From positions 63,365,378 through 63,429,377 of the forward strand of contig NC_057719.1 of the NCBI RefSeq assembly GCF_004010195.1: a DNA stretch of 64,000 bases, in the 5' to 3' direction. Within the stretch, counting starts at the first letter, position 1, and each line of letters begins with the position of its first letter. Of the stretch, positions 11,790 to 23,760 are shown piece after piece. The notes under the pieces are model-generated. The model was not told the DNA's origin. It ran no database searches and saw only the letters and a program-made list of their open reading frames with translations. Made by a program: the position numbers and the translations under genes. Origin of the DNA: Chiloscyllium plagiosum (taxonomy: Eukaryota).

Positions 11790-12350
11790 CTTAGATAGGA
11801 TGGTAAGGAAGGCGTTTGTCATGTTTGCCTTCATTGCTCAGACCACTGAATATAGGAGTTGGGATGTCATGCTGAGGCCAATTTTGGAGTACTATATAGT
11901 TCTAGTCACCTTGCTGTAAGAAGATTATGAAGAATTTGGAGAGGGTTCAGAAAAGATTTACAAGGACGTTGCTGGAATTGGAGGGTTTGAGTTAAAAAGA
12001 GAGGCTGGGACGTTTTTCACTGCAGCATAGGAAGTTGAGGGGTGCCGTTATAGAAGTCTATAAAATCATGAAGAGTAGGTAAGATGAATAGCAAAAGTCT
12101 TTTCCTTAGGGGTGGGGAGTTCAAAACTAGAGGGCATAGGTTTAAGGTGAGAGGGCCAACTTTTTCAAAAAGAGTGGTTCATACATAGAATGAACTGCCA
12201 GAGGAAGTGGTAGATGCAGGTACAGATGAATAGGAAAAGTTTAGAGGGATACAGGGCAAATACAGGCAAGTAGGACGAGTTTTGTTTGGGAAACTTGGTC
12301 GACTTGGACAAGCTAGACAGAAGGATCTTTTTCTGTGCTGTATGACTCTA
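11790..12350 (+). mobile_element. CR1 LINE 3' fragment
   Basis: Translates to DRMVRKAF..EYRSWDVML; contains gagagggttcagaaaagatttacaagg; tail tgtgctgtatgactcta. Confidence 0.8.
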
Positions 12351-12505
12351 AGTGAGTCAGACACAAACCTATTCCTGACCCACATTTATCCACTTAACAA
12401 TTAGGAGTCATAGAATTATTGAGTCATGCTGCACTGAAGAGATCCTTCAGTCCATTGTGTCTGCCGACCTATCAACACGAATCCCCTTTTCAGTAATGTC
12501 CCACA

Positions 12506-14030
12506 TAGAGTTATAGAGGTGTACAGCATGGAAACGGATGCTTCGGTCCAATTCATCCATGCCGATCAGATATCCTAACCTAATCTAGTCCCATTTGCCA
12601 GCACTTGGACCATATCTCTCTAAACCGTTCCTATTCATATACCCATCCAGATGCCTTTTAAATGCTGCAATTGTACCAGCCTCCTCCACTTTCTCTGGCA
12701 GCTCATTCCATACATGCACCACTCTCTGCATGAAAAGGTTGCCCCTTAGGTCCCTTTTATATCCTTCCCCAGTCATCTAAACTATGCCCTCTAGTTCTGG
12801 ACTCCACCACCCCAGGGAAAAGAGTTTGTCTATTTATCGTATCCATGCCCCTCATGATTTTATAAACTTTTATAAGGTCACCCCTCAGCTTCCGACACCC
12901 CATGGAAAACAGCCCCAGCTATTCAGCCTGTCCTTGTGGTTCAAATCCTTCAACCCTGGCAACATCCTTGTAAATCTTTTCTGAACCCTTTCAAATTTCA
13001 CAACATTCTTCCGATAGGAAGGAGACCATAATTGCACTCAGTATTTCAAAAGTGGCCTAACCAACATCCTGCATAGCTGCAACATGCTCCCAACTCCTAT
13101 ACTCAATACTCTGACCTATAAAGGAAAGTGTACTAAACGCCTTCTTCACTATCCTATCTACCTGTCACTCTACAAGGAACTATAAACGTGCAATCAAACG
13201 TGCAATTTGGTCAGCAACACTCCTGAGGGCCTTACCATTAAGTGTATAAGTCCTGCTCTGATGTGCTTTCACAAAATGCAGCAGCTCATGTTTTTCTAAA
13301 TTAAATTCTATCTGCCACTCCTCAGCCCATTGACCCATATGATCAAGATCTTCTAGGAGAAAGTGAGGACTGCAGATGCTGGAGATCAGAGCTGAAAATG
13401 TGTTGCTGGAAAAGCGCAGCAGGTTAGGCAGCATCCAAGGAGCAGGAGAATCGACATTTCGGGCATGAGCCCTTTTTCAGGAAGGGCTCATGTCCGAAAC
13501 ATCAGTTCTCCTGCTCCTTGGATGCTGCCTAACCTGCTGTGCTTTTCCAGCAACACATTTTCAGCATATGATCAAGATCCCCTTGTACTCTGAGGTAACC
13601 TTCTTCGCTGTCCACTACACCTCCAATTTTGGTGTCATCTGCAAACTTACTAACCATACCTCCTGTGTTTGCATCCAAATCATTTATATAAATGATGAAA
13701 AGTAGTAGACCCAACACCGATCCTTGTGGCACTCTACTGGTCACAGGCCTCCAGTCTGAAAACCAACCCTTCACCACCTCCCTTTTTCTTCAACTTTAGC
13801 CTGTTCTGTATCCAAATGGCTAGCTCTCCCTGTATTCCATGTGATCTAACCTTGCTTACCAGTCTCTCATGAGGAACCTTGTCAAACGCCTTCCATATAG
13901 ATCACGTCCACAGCTCTGCCCTCATCAATCCTCTTTGTTACTTCAAAAAACTCAATCAAGTTCATGAGACATGATTTCCCACTCACAAAGCCATGCTGAC
14001 TATCCCTAATCAGTCCTTGCCTTTCCATCA
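12506..14030 (-). mobile_element. CR1 LINE RT/3' half, interrupted
   Basis: ORF-track pieces SQHGFVSGKSCLMNLIEFF, VPQGSVLG..YINDLD..SKFADDTK, FMQRVVHVWNELP; frameshifted. Confidence 0.9.
13351..13564 (-). mobile_element. Fold-back mini-PLE inserted in CR1
   Basis: 15-bp TSD catatgatcaagatc (13336-13350, 13565-13579). Palindromic arms centred near 13480; hammerhead cores degraded. Confidence 0.85.
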
Positions 14031-15730
14031 TGCGTGCAGTAGAGTGAGCAAAATTGGGGAACTGGAAGCAGAAATTGCTCTGGGGAATATGACACTGCAG
14101 CATTGACAGAAATGTGGCTGAAGCAAGAACAGGACTGGATACTTAACATCCTGGGTTATAGGCTTTTAGTAGAAACAGGGTGAGGAAAAGGGGAGGAGTT
14201 ATGTACTCATCTTGGTCAATGATAGTATCCTGAATTACAATCTATATGGTTGGAGGTGAGAAACAGGAAGGGAACTCTGATCTTGTTGAGTACTTGTGAG
14301 CGACCTCCAAATAGTGGGAAGGAAGTCGAAGACAGCATTTGTAGGCAGAGTATAGAAATTTGTAGTTTGAGTAGGGTTGTGATATTTGTTGGTTTCGATT
14401 ATCCTGGTAGACTGGGAAAAAGATAGAGTGTGGGGCATGAAAGGGGAGAAATTCCTACAATGTGTGCAGGAGATCTTTCTGGAACAATACATTTTCAGTC
14501 CTACCAAGGAGGAAGCAATGCTGAATCTGTTCCTAGGAGCTGAGGCACGACAAGTAGAGAATGTCAGAGTGGGGAAGCATTTGGGAAACAGTGATTATAA
14601 CATAATAAGGTTCAATATTAATTTGTAAAGGATAAAAATCAATGATTAAGCTCCCAGATTGGAAAAGGGCAGAGCTTAGGGGTCTAAAATTTGAACAGGA
14701 ACAGGTTGATTGGAAAAGCATTTTAGTGGATGAAAAATTGAAGACTTTCAAAAGAGAGATGAATAGGATGAAAGCTAGGTATGTACCAATGAGAAATAAA
14801 TGTGGGGTATCCAAAGCTAGAGGACCCTGGATGACTAAGGCCATTCATGAAAAAATAAGAAAGGAAAAGAAGGCATATGATGCATATCATAATAATAAAA
14901 GCAATAAAAATCAGGAAGTATCTCAAATGCAGGCGAGAGACTAAGGTTGGAATAAGGAAGGCTAAGAGGAATCATGAGGAAAGGATGGCAGGCTGCGCTA
15001 AAACAAATAATAAAATGTTCTTAAGACATACTAATAGTAAAAGATTAGTGAAGGATAGAGTGGGTACCATCAGGAACAAGCAGGGTTAGCTGCTCACTAA
15101 AGCAAAGGATATGGCAGAGGTCCTACTCCCAGGCAGAGAAGACTCCAGATCTGGATGGGATGTGTCGTAAATTGCTGAGTGTGTAAAGGGAGAAAATCGC
15201 AGAGCCATTAACAGAAATTTTCCAAGCATGTCTGAATGCAGGATGAATCCCAGGGAATTGGAGAATTGTAAATAGGACACCAATGTTTAAGAAAGGTCTG
15301 TAGTTGTCCTCTGTCCCTATCAGTTTGATATCAGTAGTGGGAAAGCTGATAATGACTTTAATACAGGATGAAGTAAATATGCGCTTAGAGAAAAATAAGT
15401 TAATACAAGATAGTCAACATTACTTTGTCAAGGGAAGGTAATGTCTGACAAATTTAATTGAGTTCTTTGACGAGATGATACAGGTGGTGGATGAGGGTAG
15501 TACAATGGATGTTGTACGTGTGAGACCTCAAAAAGCTTGCAATATGGTGCCACGTGGCAGGTTGGTTAACAAATTAGAAATGTTTGGGATTGCTGGGTCC
15601 TTGACAGCATGGATTAGATGTTGACTAAAAGAGAGAAAACAGAAGGTAGGTATAGATAGACATTTCTCAGATTGGCTATGAGATGGAAGTGGTGTTCCCC
15701 CAGGGATCGGCACTAGGACCCCTGTCCCTC

Positions 15731-16097
15731 TGGATCAGTGGTGCTGGAAGAGCACAGCAATTCAGGCAGCATCCGAGGACAGGCAAAATCGACGTTTCGG
15801 GCAAAAGCCCTTCATCAGGAATAAAGGCAGAGAGCCTGAAGCGTGGAGAGATAAGCTAGAGGAGGGTAGGGGTGGGGAGAGAGTGGCATAGAGTACAATA
15901 GGTCAGTGGGGAAGGAGATGAACGTGATAGGTCAGGGAGGAGAGGGTGGAGTGGATAGGTGGAAAAGAAGCTGGGCAGGTCGGACAAGTCCGGACAGGTC
16001 AGGGGACCGAGTTTCTGGAGGTTAGAAGCTAGGATGAGGTGGGGGAAGGGGAAATGAGGAAACTGTTAAAATCCACATTGATGCCCTGGGGTTGAAG
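15731..16097 (-). mobile_element. PLE (Neptune-like) ORF end plus pLTR with intact hammerhead motif
   Basis: Minus strand encodes LQPQGINVDFNSFLIS (PLE C-terminus) followed by attc-CTGATGA-a-gggc(tttt)gccc-GAAAC-GTC-gatt (15787-15822). Confidence 0.8.
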
Positions 16098-16444
16098 TCG
16101 TTTTTACCTCATTCGGCCCATCGAGTTGTTCTACCATTCGGCCATGCCTGATATGTTTCTCAACCCCATTTTCTTGCCTTCCCCTTGTTGTCCTTGACCC
16201 CTTTGCCAGTCAAGAACATATCTATCTCCATCTTAAAGACACTCAAATACTTGGCCTCCACAGCCTTCTGCAGCAATGAGTTCCATACAGTTCCCACCCT
16301 CTGGCTGAAGAAATTTCTCCTCATCTCAGTTCTAAAGGGTCATCCCTTCACTCTGAGGCTGTGATGTAATTCCCCAGGATTCTGGTCCCAGAATGATTCA
16401 GGTGGAGCCCGTCCCATTGGAACAGCTCCATCCTTCCCCAGTCC

Positions 16445-16605
16445 CAGTTGTTGCGGTTGGAGAGGTTGGGTCTGAGGGCGGAGGTGCGGGATGTGGATGA
16501 GATGCGTTGGAGGGCATCTTTAACCACGTGGGAAGGGAAATTGCGGTCTCTAAAGAAGGAGGCCATCTGGTGTGTTCTATGGTGGAACCGCTCCTCGTGG
16601 GAGCA
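16445..16605 (-). mobile_element. PLE ORF internal fragment
   Basis: MASFFRDRNFPSHVVKDALQRISSTSRTSAL, resembling the PLE RT thumb (F..RGYP..V) region. Confidence 0.6.
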
Positions 16606-18904
16606 TTTAAACCACTTGGTAATGGGTGTTGAGGGTAAAATCTCTAAATTTGTTGATGATAATAACCTGGGGAGAATAGTGAATTGTGAGAATGATGCTG
16701 AATGACTTCAGAGGAACATTGACAAGCTGGCCAATTGGGCAGACTTCTGGCAGATGAAATTCAATGAACAAAAGTGTGAGGTGATGAATTTTGGTCGACT
16801 AAACACGGAGAGACAGTACAGGCTCAATGGTACAACTTTGAGGGGAGTACAGGATACAACTTTGAGGGGAGTACAGGAGCAGAGGGTTCTCAGGGTTCAC
16901 ATGCGTAATTCCCTGAAAGTGGCCAAGCAAGTTGAAATAGTTGTTAAGAAGTTTTATAAGATCCTTCGGTTTATAAATAAAGGTATATAGTATAAAAGCA
17001 AGAAATTGATGCTAAACCTCTCCAAATCATTGTCAGGCCACATTGTGTTCAGTTCTTGGCACCTTATTTCAGGAAGGATGTTTAAAGTCCTGGAGAGAGT
17101 GCAAAGAAGATTTACTCTGATGATACCGGGAATGAAGGATTTTTGATACAAGGGAAGATTAGAGAAATTGTGAAAAATGTTGACAGGGTGAAAAAGGATA
17201 TTCTGTTTCCAATAGTTGGCATGTCAGTAACTTGGGGTCACAATTTCAAGGTTGTCAGAAAGAGAGCTAGGACTGAGATGAGCAGAAACTTCTTTACTCA
17301 GAGTTGTTAGAATTTGGAATGCACTGCTTGGGAGACTGGTGGAAGTGGATTTCATATGAGGTTTCAAAAGAGAGCTGGGTATATATTTGAAAGTGATGAA
17401 TATAGAGGGTTCTGGAGAGTGGGACGAGATGGGTAGCTCCTTTGGGAGACAGTACAGATACAATAGGCTAAACAATATTTCTTAGATTCAGTTCTCTGGA
17501 CAAGCTTCCCTTGTTGCTGAGGAGATAGGGAGTGCTTTCTAACTGCTAGATTTATCCTTACACTCAATTTTGGAACAGCAGAGAATGAGGTTTTGCTGTT
17601 CTCCAGTGAGAACACCTGTGTACAAAGAAAGGACCAACATCAGAAAGCGAGTGCAGAGTTTTCGGGGTGGACCTGCCTCGATTTGACCTCAACACATTCT
17701 TGGGTGAAGGATCTGAAACTGAGCTCCAATGCCCATCACAGAGGCAGGTCCACCCCCAGACTCTGCCCTCGCTCTGCTCCCTCGTGTCTTTCCCATTACT
17801 GAGGAGTGACGATTTAGCGGATAATATTCACGTGCATGAGCCAAACTCAATGTCCATAATTGAAAATACAGAGCTGTATTAGCTATACAACTGAGACAAT
17901 ATTCAATGGTGTAAATAGCCTGCTTCATGAGGACATTGGCTGTGCCATTTGGTTACTGGGAAATCCAATATCACAAGAGATCCAATACTGCTGCTTGCCC
18001 TGAAGATGCCTGTGTGCTTCCTCCTGAGTCTTGGCAATGAAATCAGGGGAAATAATCAAAATGTTTGTGACCAGTGCTGAATCCTTTTAGAGCATATGCA
18101 AGTTGTGCCTTGGGTTTCAAAAGTTTATGAGGCACCATTTCCTCTTTATTTTCGATCAGTTTTGGCAATGGTAGTTTCTACAATGTAGAATGAATCTTAC
18201 ATAATATATTCTGCTTCATATGCTGACTTCAGTTAAAAATTGGAATCTCTTTTACATGGTCCAATTTTGTAGAGTAAGTATTTTCTACACATTTACTGTG
18301 GAACAAATAACATCACAGAATCCATAACATGTTATTTGGTTAGGAATTGGAGTTGTTGCTGGACTTTTACTTCAACGACTAGCTGGTTCTTGAGAAACCT
18401 CAAACTAAAGACAAGGAATATTATTGTTATAAAAGTTACTGTTTTTCTCTTCCTTCATGAAAATGGCAAACAACTCATTGAACAAATCAGTTTCTTTTTT
18501 CATTCATTAGATGTGAGTGTCACAGGCTAGGTCAGAATTTATTGTCCATTCCTACATGTCCAGAAGGCAGTTATGCATTAACCACATTGTGCATCTTGCA
18601 TATCGACCAGATCAGGCAAAGATGGCATGTTTTCTTCACTAAAGGACATTAGTGAATCCGACAGTTTTTTTTTACAACAGTCAACAATGTTACTATTGGG
18701 CTAGCATGTTGTTATTCTAGCTTTTCTGTCATTCAAATTTCATCATCTGAATTCAAACTCCCATTCCCCAGAAGGTTAGCCTGAGGTTGTGGATTACTAG
18801 TCCAGTAACATTACCATTTTGCTGACCCTCCAGGTAATGTTTGAAATTGAAACAATCTTTAGAATTGTGTAAATAAATCACTGTAGCTCCAAACTCTAAT
18901 AAAA

Positions 18905-19890
18905 ACATAAAAGATAGGTGCAAGAGTAGGCCATTTGACTTCTCGAGCCTGCTGCACCTTTCATTATGACAGTGGTTGATCAATGCCCTTAATCCACCCT
19001 CGATTCCTTGGTCACTTTAACCACAAGAACTTTACTTCCTCCTTGAAAAGCACAATCGTTTGGCCTTAACCACTTTCTGTGGTTGTGAATTCCAGACTCG
19101 CCACTCTCTGGGTGAAGAACTTTCTCCTAATCTCAATTTGGCAAATTTTTGCAATACCTCAATAGCAAGAACCTTCCTCAGATCAGGGGACCAAAAAGCA
19201 TTCTAGGTGTTCCCTGTATAATTGCAGCAAGGCATTTTTGTTGTAATCAAATCCTCTGTCAATGAAGGCCAACATCCAGTTTGCCTTCTTTACTGCTGCA
19301 CCTGAGTGCTTATTTTCAGCAATTGTTGCAGAAGGACACCCAGGACTCCTTGAATATTCTCAGTTTACAGCCAATCAAATAATAATCTACTTTCCCATTT
19401 TTGCTACCAAAGTTGATAGCGTCACATTTACCCAAATTATACTGCATCTGCCATATACTTGCCCCGCCACTCAGCCTGTCCAAATCACATTGCAACATCC
19501 CTGCATACTCCTCATAGTTCACCCTTGCACCCAGTTTTGTATCATCTGCAGATTTTGAGATATTAAATTTAGTTCCCTCACCTAAATCATTATCATACAT
19601 TGTGAATGTCTGGTGTCTGAGTACCAATCCTTGTAGTACCTCAATAGACACTGCCAGCCATTCAGAAAAAGACTGATTGATTGCTTTATTTGTTCTCTTC
19701 GTTTTTTTGTCTGTCAACTCATTTTCTAATCATCTGGATGCACTAACCCCGATCCCACGTGCTTTAATTTTACACATTAACCTCTTATGTCAAAAGCCTT
19801 CTGAAAGTCTAAATAAACCATATCCACTGACTCTCCCAATCAATTCTACTGGTTTCATCCTCCAAGAGTTCCAGCAGATTTGTCAAGCAT
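18905..19890 (-). mobile_element. Old CR1 LINE fragments
   Basis: VLQGLVL..NDLGEG..ISKSADDTKLG..LQCDLDRL..WQMQYN; CR1 tail at ~18905-19130. Confidence 0.8.
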
Positions 19891-20702
19891 GATTTATTTA
19901 TGGTGCTGTATGGCCATTGCTCTTTGAATTTATCTTCCAGTCACAGAGAAGTGTCAGCTTTTTACATCTGCAGCAAGTGATGATATTTTACATCTTGTGT
20001 ATTTCTTTCTGCTAGATTGTAAATCTGTACATTTTGTTCATTTAGATGCTGTTGCATTTTTCTCCGTTTGACGGTCAATGAAAGTGTAAGTGTATTTATG
20101 TTGGAATTTGAAAGTAAAAATGTTTTAGATCGGTAATGTCACTATAGTGTTTTGCAGTACAGGATTTTTATTGCAGTGGGTGGTTGAATTCCGAGCAATA
20201 TTTTCAACTGTAGAATATTTGCATTACTTTGAAATATCACAGTCAGAAACTTAGAAAATGACAGTCAAGGACGTAAGATAATGGACGGGTAGTGGTGTAT
20301 TACTTGTCATGTTTTCTAAGTGAGAAATGTCAATAATTCATGAATGTCATGGGTAACAGTGAATTATTTAGCTTCAGATAAAAGTCCTTGACAATCTAAC
20401 AATACATCACCACTGGTCCAATACTCTATTATGCGTCCATTAAGGTAGAAAAGAGTCAAAGAGCAAGTGTAAAAACAAAATTATTCTTGCTTTTTCATGC
20501 CACATAAACCTTGGGATTGTTAAGTTTGTTAAAGCAAATAATAATGTACTTCTTATTGGTGTGCCCCTCTTTCAGGCCTACATTGAGGGTCATGTAACAT
20601 GCATTTGTGTTTGATTAAAGACTGTTGGGTTGTTTGTGGTGATTTCATTCCGTAACAATGTAGTTTTACTCACTGATTAACGTGTTGCTGAATATGTAAA
20701 TT

Positions 20703-20881
20703 AGGAGAAAGTGAGGACTGCAGATGCTGGTGATCAGAGTTGAGAGTGTGGTGCTGGAAAAGCACAGCAGGTCAGGCAGCATCCGAGGAGCAGGAGAATC
20801 GATGCTTATGCCCAAAACATTGATTTTCCTCCTTGGAGGCTGCCTGACCTTCTGTGCTTTTCCAGCACCACTCTCTCGACT
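20703..20881 (-). mobile_element. Fold-back mini-PLE
   Basis: 15-bp TSD ctgaatatgtaaatt (20688-20702, 20882-20896). Inverted arms gtggtgctggaaaagcacag / ctgtgcttttccagcaccac. Confidence 0.85.
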
Positions 20882-22079
20882 CTGAATATGTAAATTTCAT
20901 TGTGTCCATCTCAGGAAATTATGTAAGCTATCATGATCTTGTCATTGATGCAGTGATTAGTGGGGAAGATGTATGACAAACTCTCCTGGAATTCTTCATT
21001 TAGATAAACAATGAATATCACAGTGTTTTCTCTGTTTATATTAAAAGCCATCAACATGGCTAACAATCTGATAAGTGGTCCATTGCTGATATTGTTTCAC
21101 ATTATATAGTATTGTGATAAAGTATATTTCGTTGTGCCTATTACATTAAACTTAAGATGTTAATTACTATTACTTTGTTCACTGATTGGATTCAAGGAAT
21201 AGTTTAAAAACAAAACTCACACAAGCGAAGAGTTTGCGAATGCCCCAGTGACACACAATACAGGTAAAATTATAGCTACCTGCAGCGAATTCAATTTCCT
21301 ATCATTTTGAAATGGACAATTATCAAGACGCTACCAATGTCACAGCATTGATGGTTATCTAATGGGATCAGTTTAAGTATATTTGAACTTATTTATGCTC
21401 AATTTTGTTTTCTCACGAAACTCAAAGTTTTGTAATTGAAATCAGACTTGTCTTTTTGGTCAGGATCATTTTACAACATCTGCATAAAAATAATTAAAGT
21501 TATTCCTTGTGAACATCAACTTAAGTTGTTCCTGTAACTGGATTTTCTGTGTTGCAAGTGCTAACAATGTTTTCATTGGAGTTGATATTACTGGGTTGCC
21601 TGAAGCTTGAATTTAGGGGCTTATCAGACCTATCATTTTGTCAGTTGAGTGAAAGCATTATAAGCCCTAAAATGCATCAGTATCACTCTCTGCAGCTGTC
21701 TGACGCACTGACACTATCAGAATGTAGCTTTAGATTCTCCTCATTTTCAAGCCTTATAAAGACATTTTGGAATTGTAAGGAGGAAAGGATAACAACACAC
21801 CAGGACTTTTTTTTTCTGATAAATTAGAGAAATACTGCATCTACATATAGTGTGCCATAAGTTGATGTTGACAAGAAATAATACTCTGCTTCATTTTTTT
21901 TAGTCAACATGCAGGTCTGGATTTAGATGCTTCAGGTGCTGTGTCTTCATCACATAGTTAGTGGGCTGGATCCTGCTGGAGTGAAGCAGAGTGTCATGTC
22001 CATTAGATGTTACTGTGCACCCTTCTGTTCTTTGTCTATTTGCAGTTTAACTTGTTGGCTGCTGATACAGGAGCTTGGT

Positions 22080-23155
22080 AAACAAGTGTGAGATTATTCA
22101 CTTTGGCCAAAAAAAGGTATATAATGGTACTTTCTACGTGATATGAAGTTAAATACAGTGAATGTCCAAAGAGAGTTGGTGGTTCAGGTGCATGGATCTT
22201 TAAAATGTCCTTTACAATGGCAGAAAATAATGAAGAAAGCTAATGGAATGTGGTCTTTATTTATCTAGATGACTAGAGTATAAGGATGTAGAAGTCACAT
22301 TGCAGTTATACAAAACCTCGGTTAGACTCACTTGGAGTACTGTGAGCAGATCTGGGCACCACACCTTAGGAAGGATATATTGGCCTTGGAGAGAGCACAA
22401 CATCGATTTATTAGATTAGATTAGATTACTTACAATGTGCAAACAGGCCCTTCGGCCCAACAAGTCCACACCGACTCACTGATGCGCAACCCGCCCAGAC
22501 CCATTCCCCTACGTTTACCCCTTCACCTAATGCTATGGGCAATTTAGCCTGGCCAATTTACCTAACCTGCACATTTTTGGATTGTGGGAGGAAACCATAG
22601 CACCCGGAGGAAACCCACGCAGACACGTGGGTGGAAGTCGCCTGAGGCTGGAATTGAACCTGGGTCTCTGGCGCTGTGAGGCAGCAGTGCCAACCACTGT
22701 GTCACCGTGATTTATATAAATGAAAACTTGACTTCAGGGTTTAAGTTATGAGGACAGGTCTATTTTATCTATGCGAGGTTAAGAGGTGATCTGATTGAAG
22801 TCTTCAGGATATAAACACCAAAAGACAGAGTAGGTAAAGAACTACTTCCAGTGGTTGGGAATTCGAGAACTTGGGGTATAGTCTAAAAATTACGGCCAGA
22901 ATGTTCGACAGAGATGTTAGAAAGTATTTCTACACACAGGATGGTCGATGTTTGAACTTTTCCATAAATGGCACACAGATGCAGGATCAGTTGATAATGT
23001 TAAATCTGAGATTGTTTTTTGTAAAGCAACAATATTAAGACTATAGGCTAAAGGGCAAAGGCAGGTATTTGGAGCTAGGCCACAGATCAGCATGATTTCT
23101 TTCAATAATGGAACAGGCTCGAGAGGCTGAATGGACTACTCTTGTTCCTACATTC
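22080..23155 (+). mobile_element. Old CR1 3' fragment interrupted by a SINE
   Basis: cacttggagtactgtgagcagatctgggcaccacaccttaggaaggatat (HLEYC.Q.WAP.LRKD); tail ..tactcttgttcctac. Confidence 0.75.
22412..22708 (-). mobile_element. HE1-like V-SINE
   Basis: tRNA-like head (B box ggttcaattcc), V-domain gcgtgggtttcctccgggtgct, CR1-like tail with (aatct)n; TSD gatttat. Confidence 0.88.
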
Positions 23156-23589
23156 CTCTGTTTGTGAATGGGTGGTACCAATGTTGCATTTATTTAAGCC
23201 ATGACCTTAAGGATTGAGGAAAAGGACAAAAGAATGATGAGATAGGAAGCTCTTTAGAATAGGTATATTAGAGTGACCTCATGTATAGAAAGAGAAAGAA
23301 AAATTAGTTTGAGGTGGAAGAAAAATAAAAAAAATAATAAATTGAATTTGACATTTTAAGAATTTCTAGCTATTTGCCAGCTGAAGGAGTGAAATTTTGC
23401 TGTTTTAATTGGTCCCTTTCTAGACCAGAGAAGTTCATTAGCATTGCATAAATTATTACATGGTGTTAAAAAGGTGCTTCATGGTGTTAAAAGGTGCTTA
23501 TGCTGTAACTTATTCATCATAACCTTCTGTATTGAGCTTAATGGAGAATTAATATGTAAATCTAGCAAGATGCTCCCAACTTCTTTACT

Positions 23590-23760
23590 TAGTGCCCTGC
23601 CATGTCCAGGGATGTGTGGACTAGGTGGATTAGCCATGTTAAATGCAGGTTATGAGAATACAGTAAGAGGTCTGGGTCTGGATGGCATGGTCTTCTGAGG
23701 GTTGGTTCAGATTTGATGAGTTGACTGTTCACTTTCCGCACTATAGTGATTCTGTGATTC
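23590..23760 (+). mobile_element. Degenerate V-SINE 3' part
   Basis: ggtggattagccatg..tgggtctggatggcatggtcttc..gattctgtgattc. Confidence 0.55.

Larger units (their letters stand above)
14030..17490 (+). mobile_element. Long decayed CR1 LINE ORF2 (APE endonuclease + RT), interrupted at 15725-16605
   Basis: FLQCVQE.FLEQY..PTKEEAMLNLFL, HLGNSDYN, PWMTKAI, KISKFVDD, MKFN..KCEV, FFTQ..WNAL; many stops and frameshifts. Confidence 0.88.

Noticed and set aside
16831..16879. 24-bp tandem repeat tacaactttgaggggagtacagga
   Set aside because: Slippage duplication in a dead CR1; similar trivial duplications occur at ~23460-23500 and ~47580-47607.
17560..17900. GC-richer block with short ORFs
   Set aside because: No recognisable protein, repeat family or convincing splice pair.
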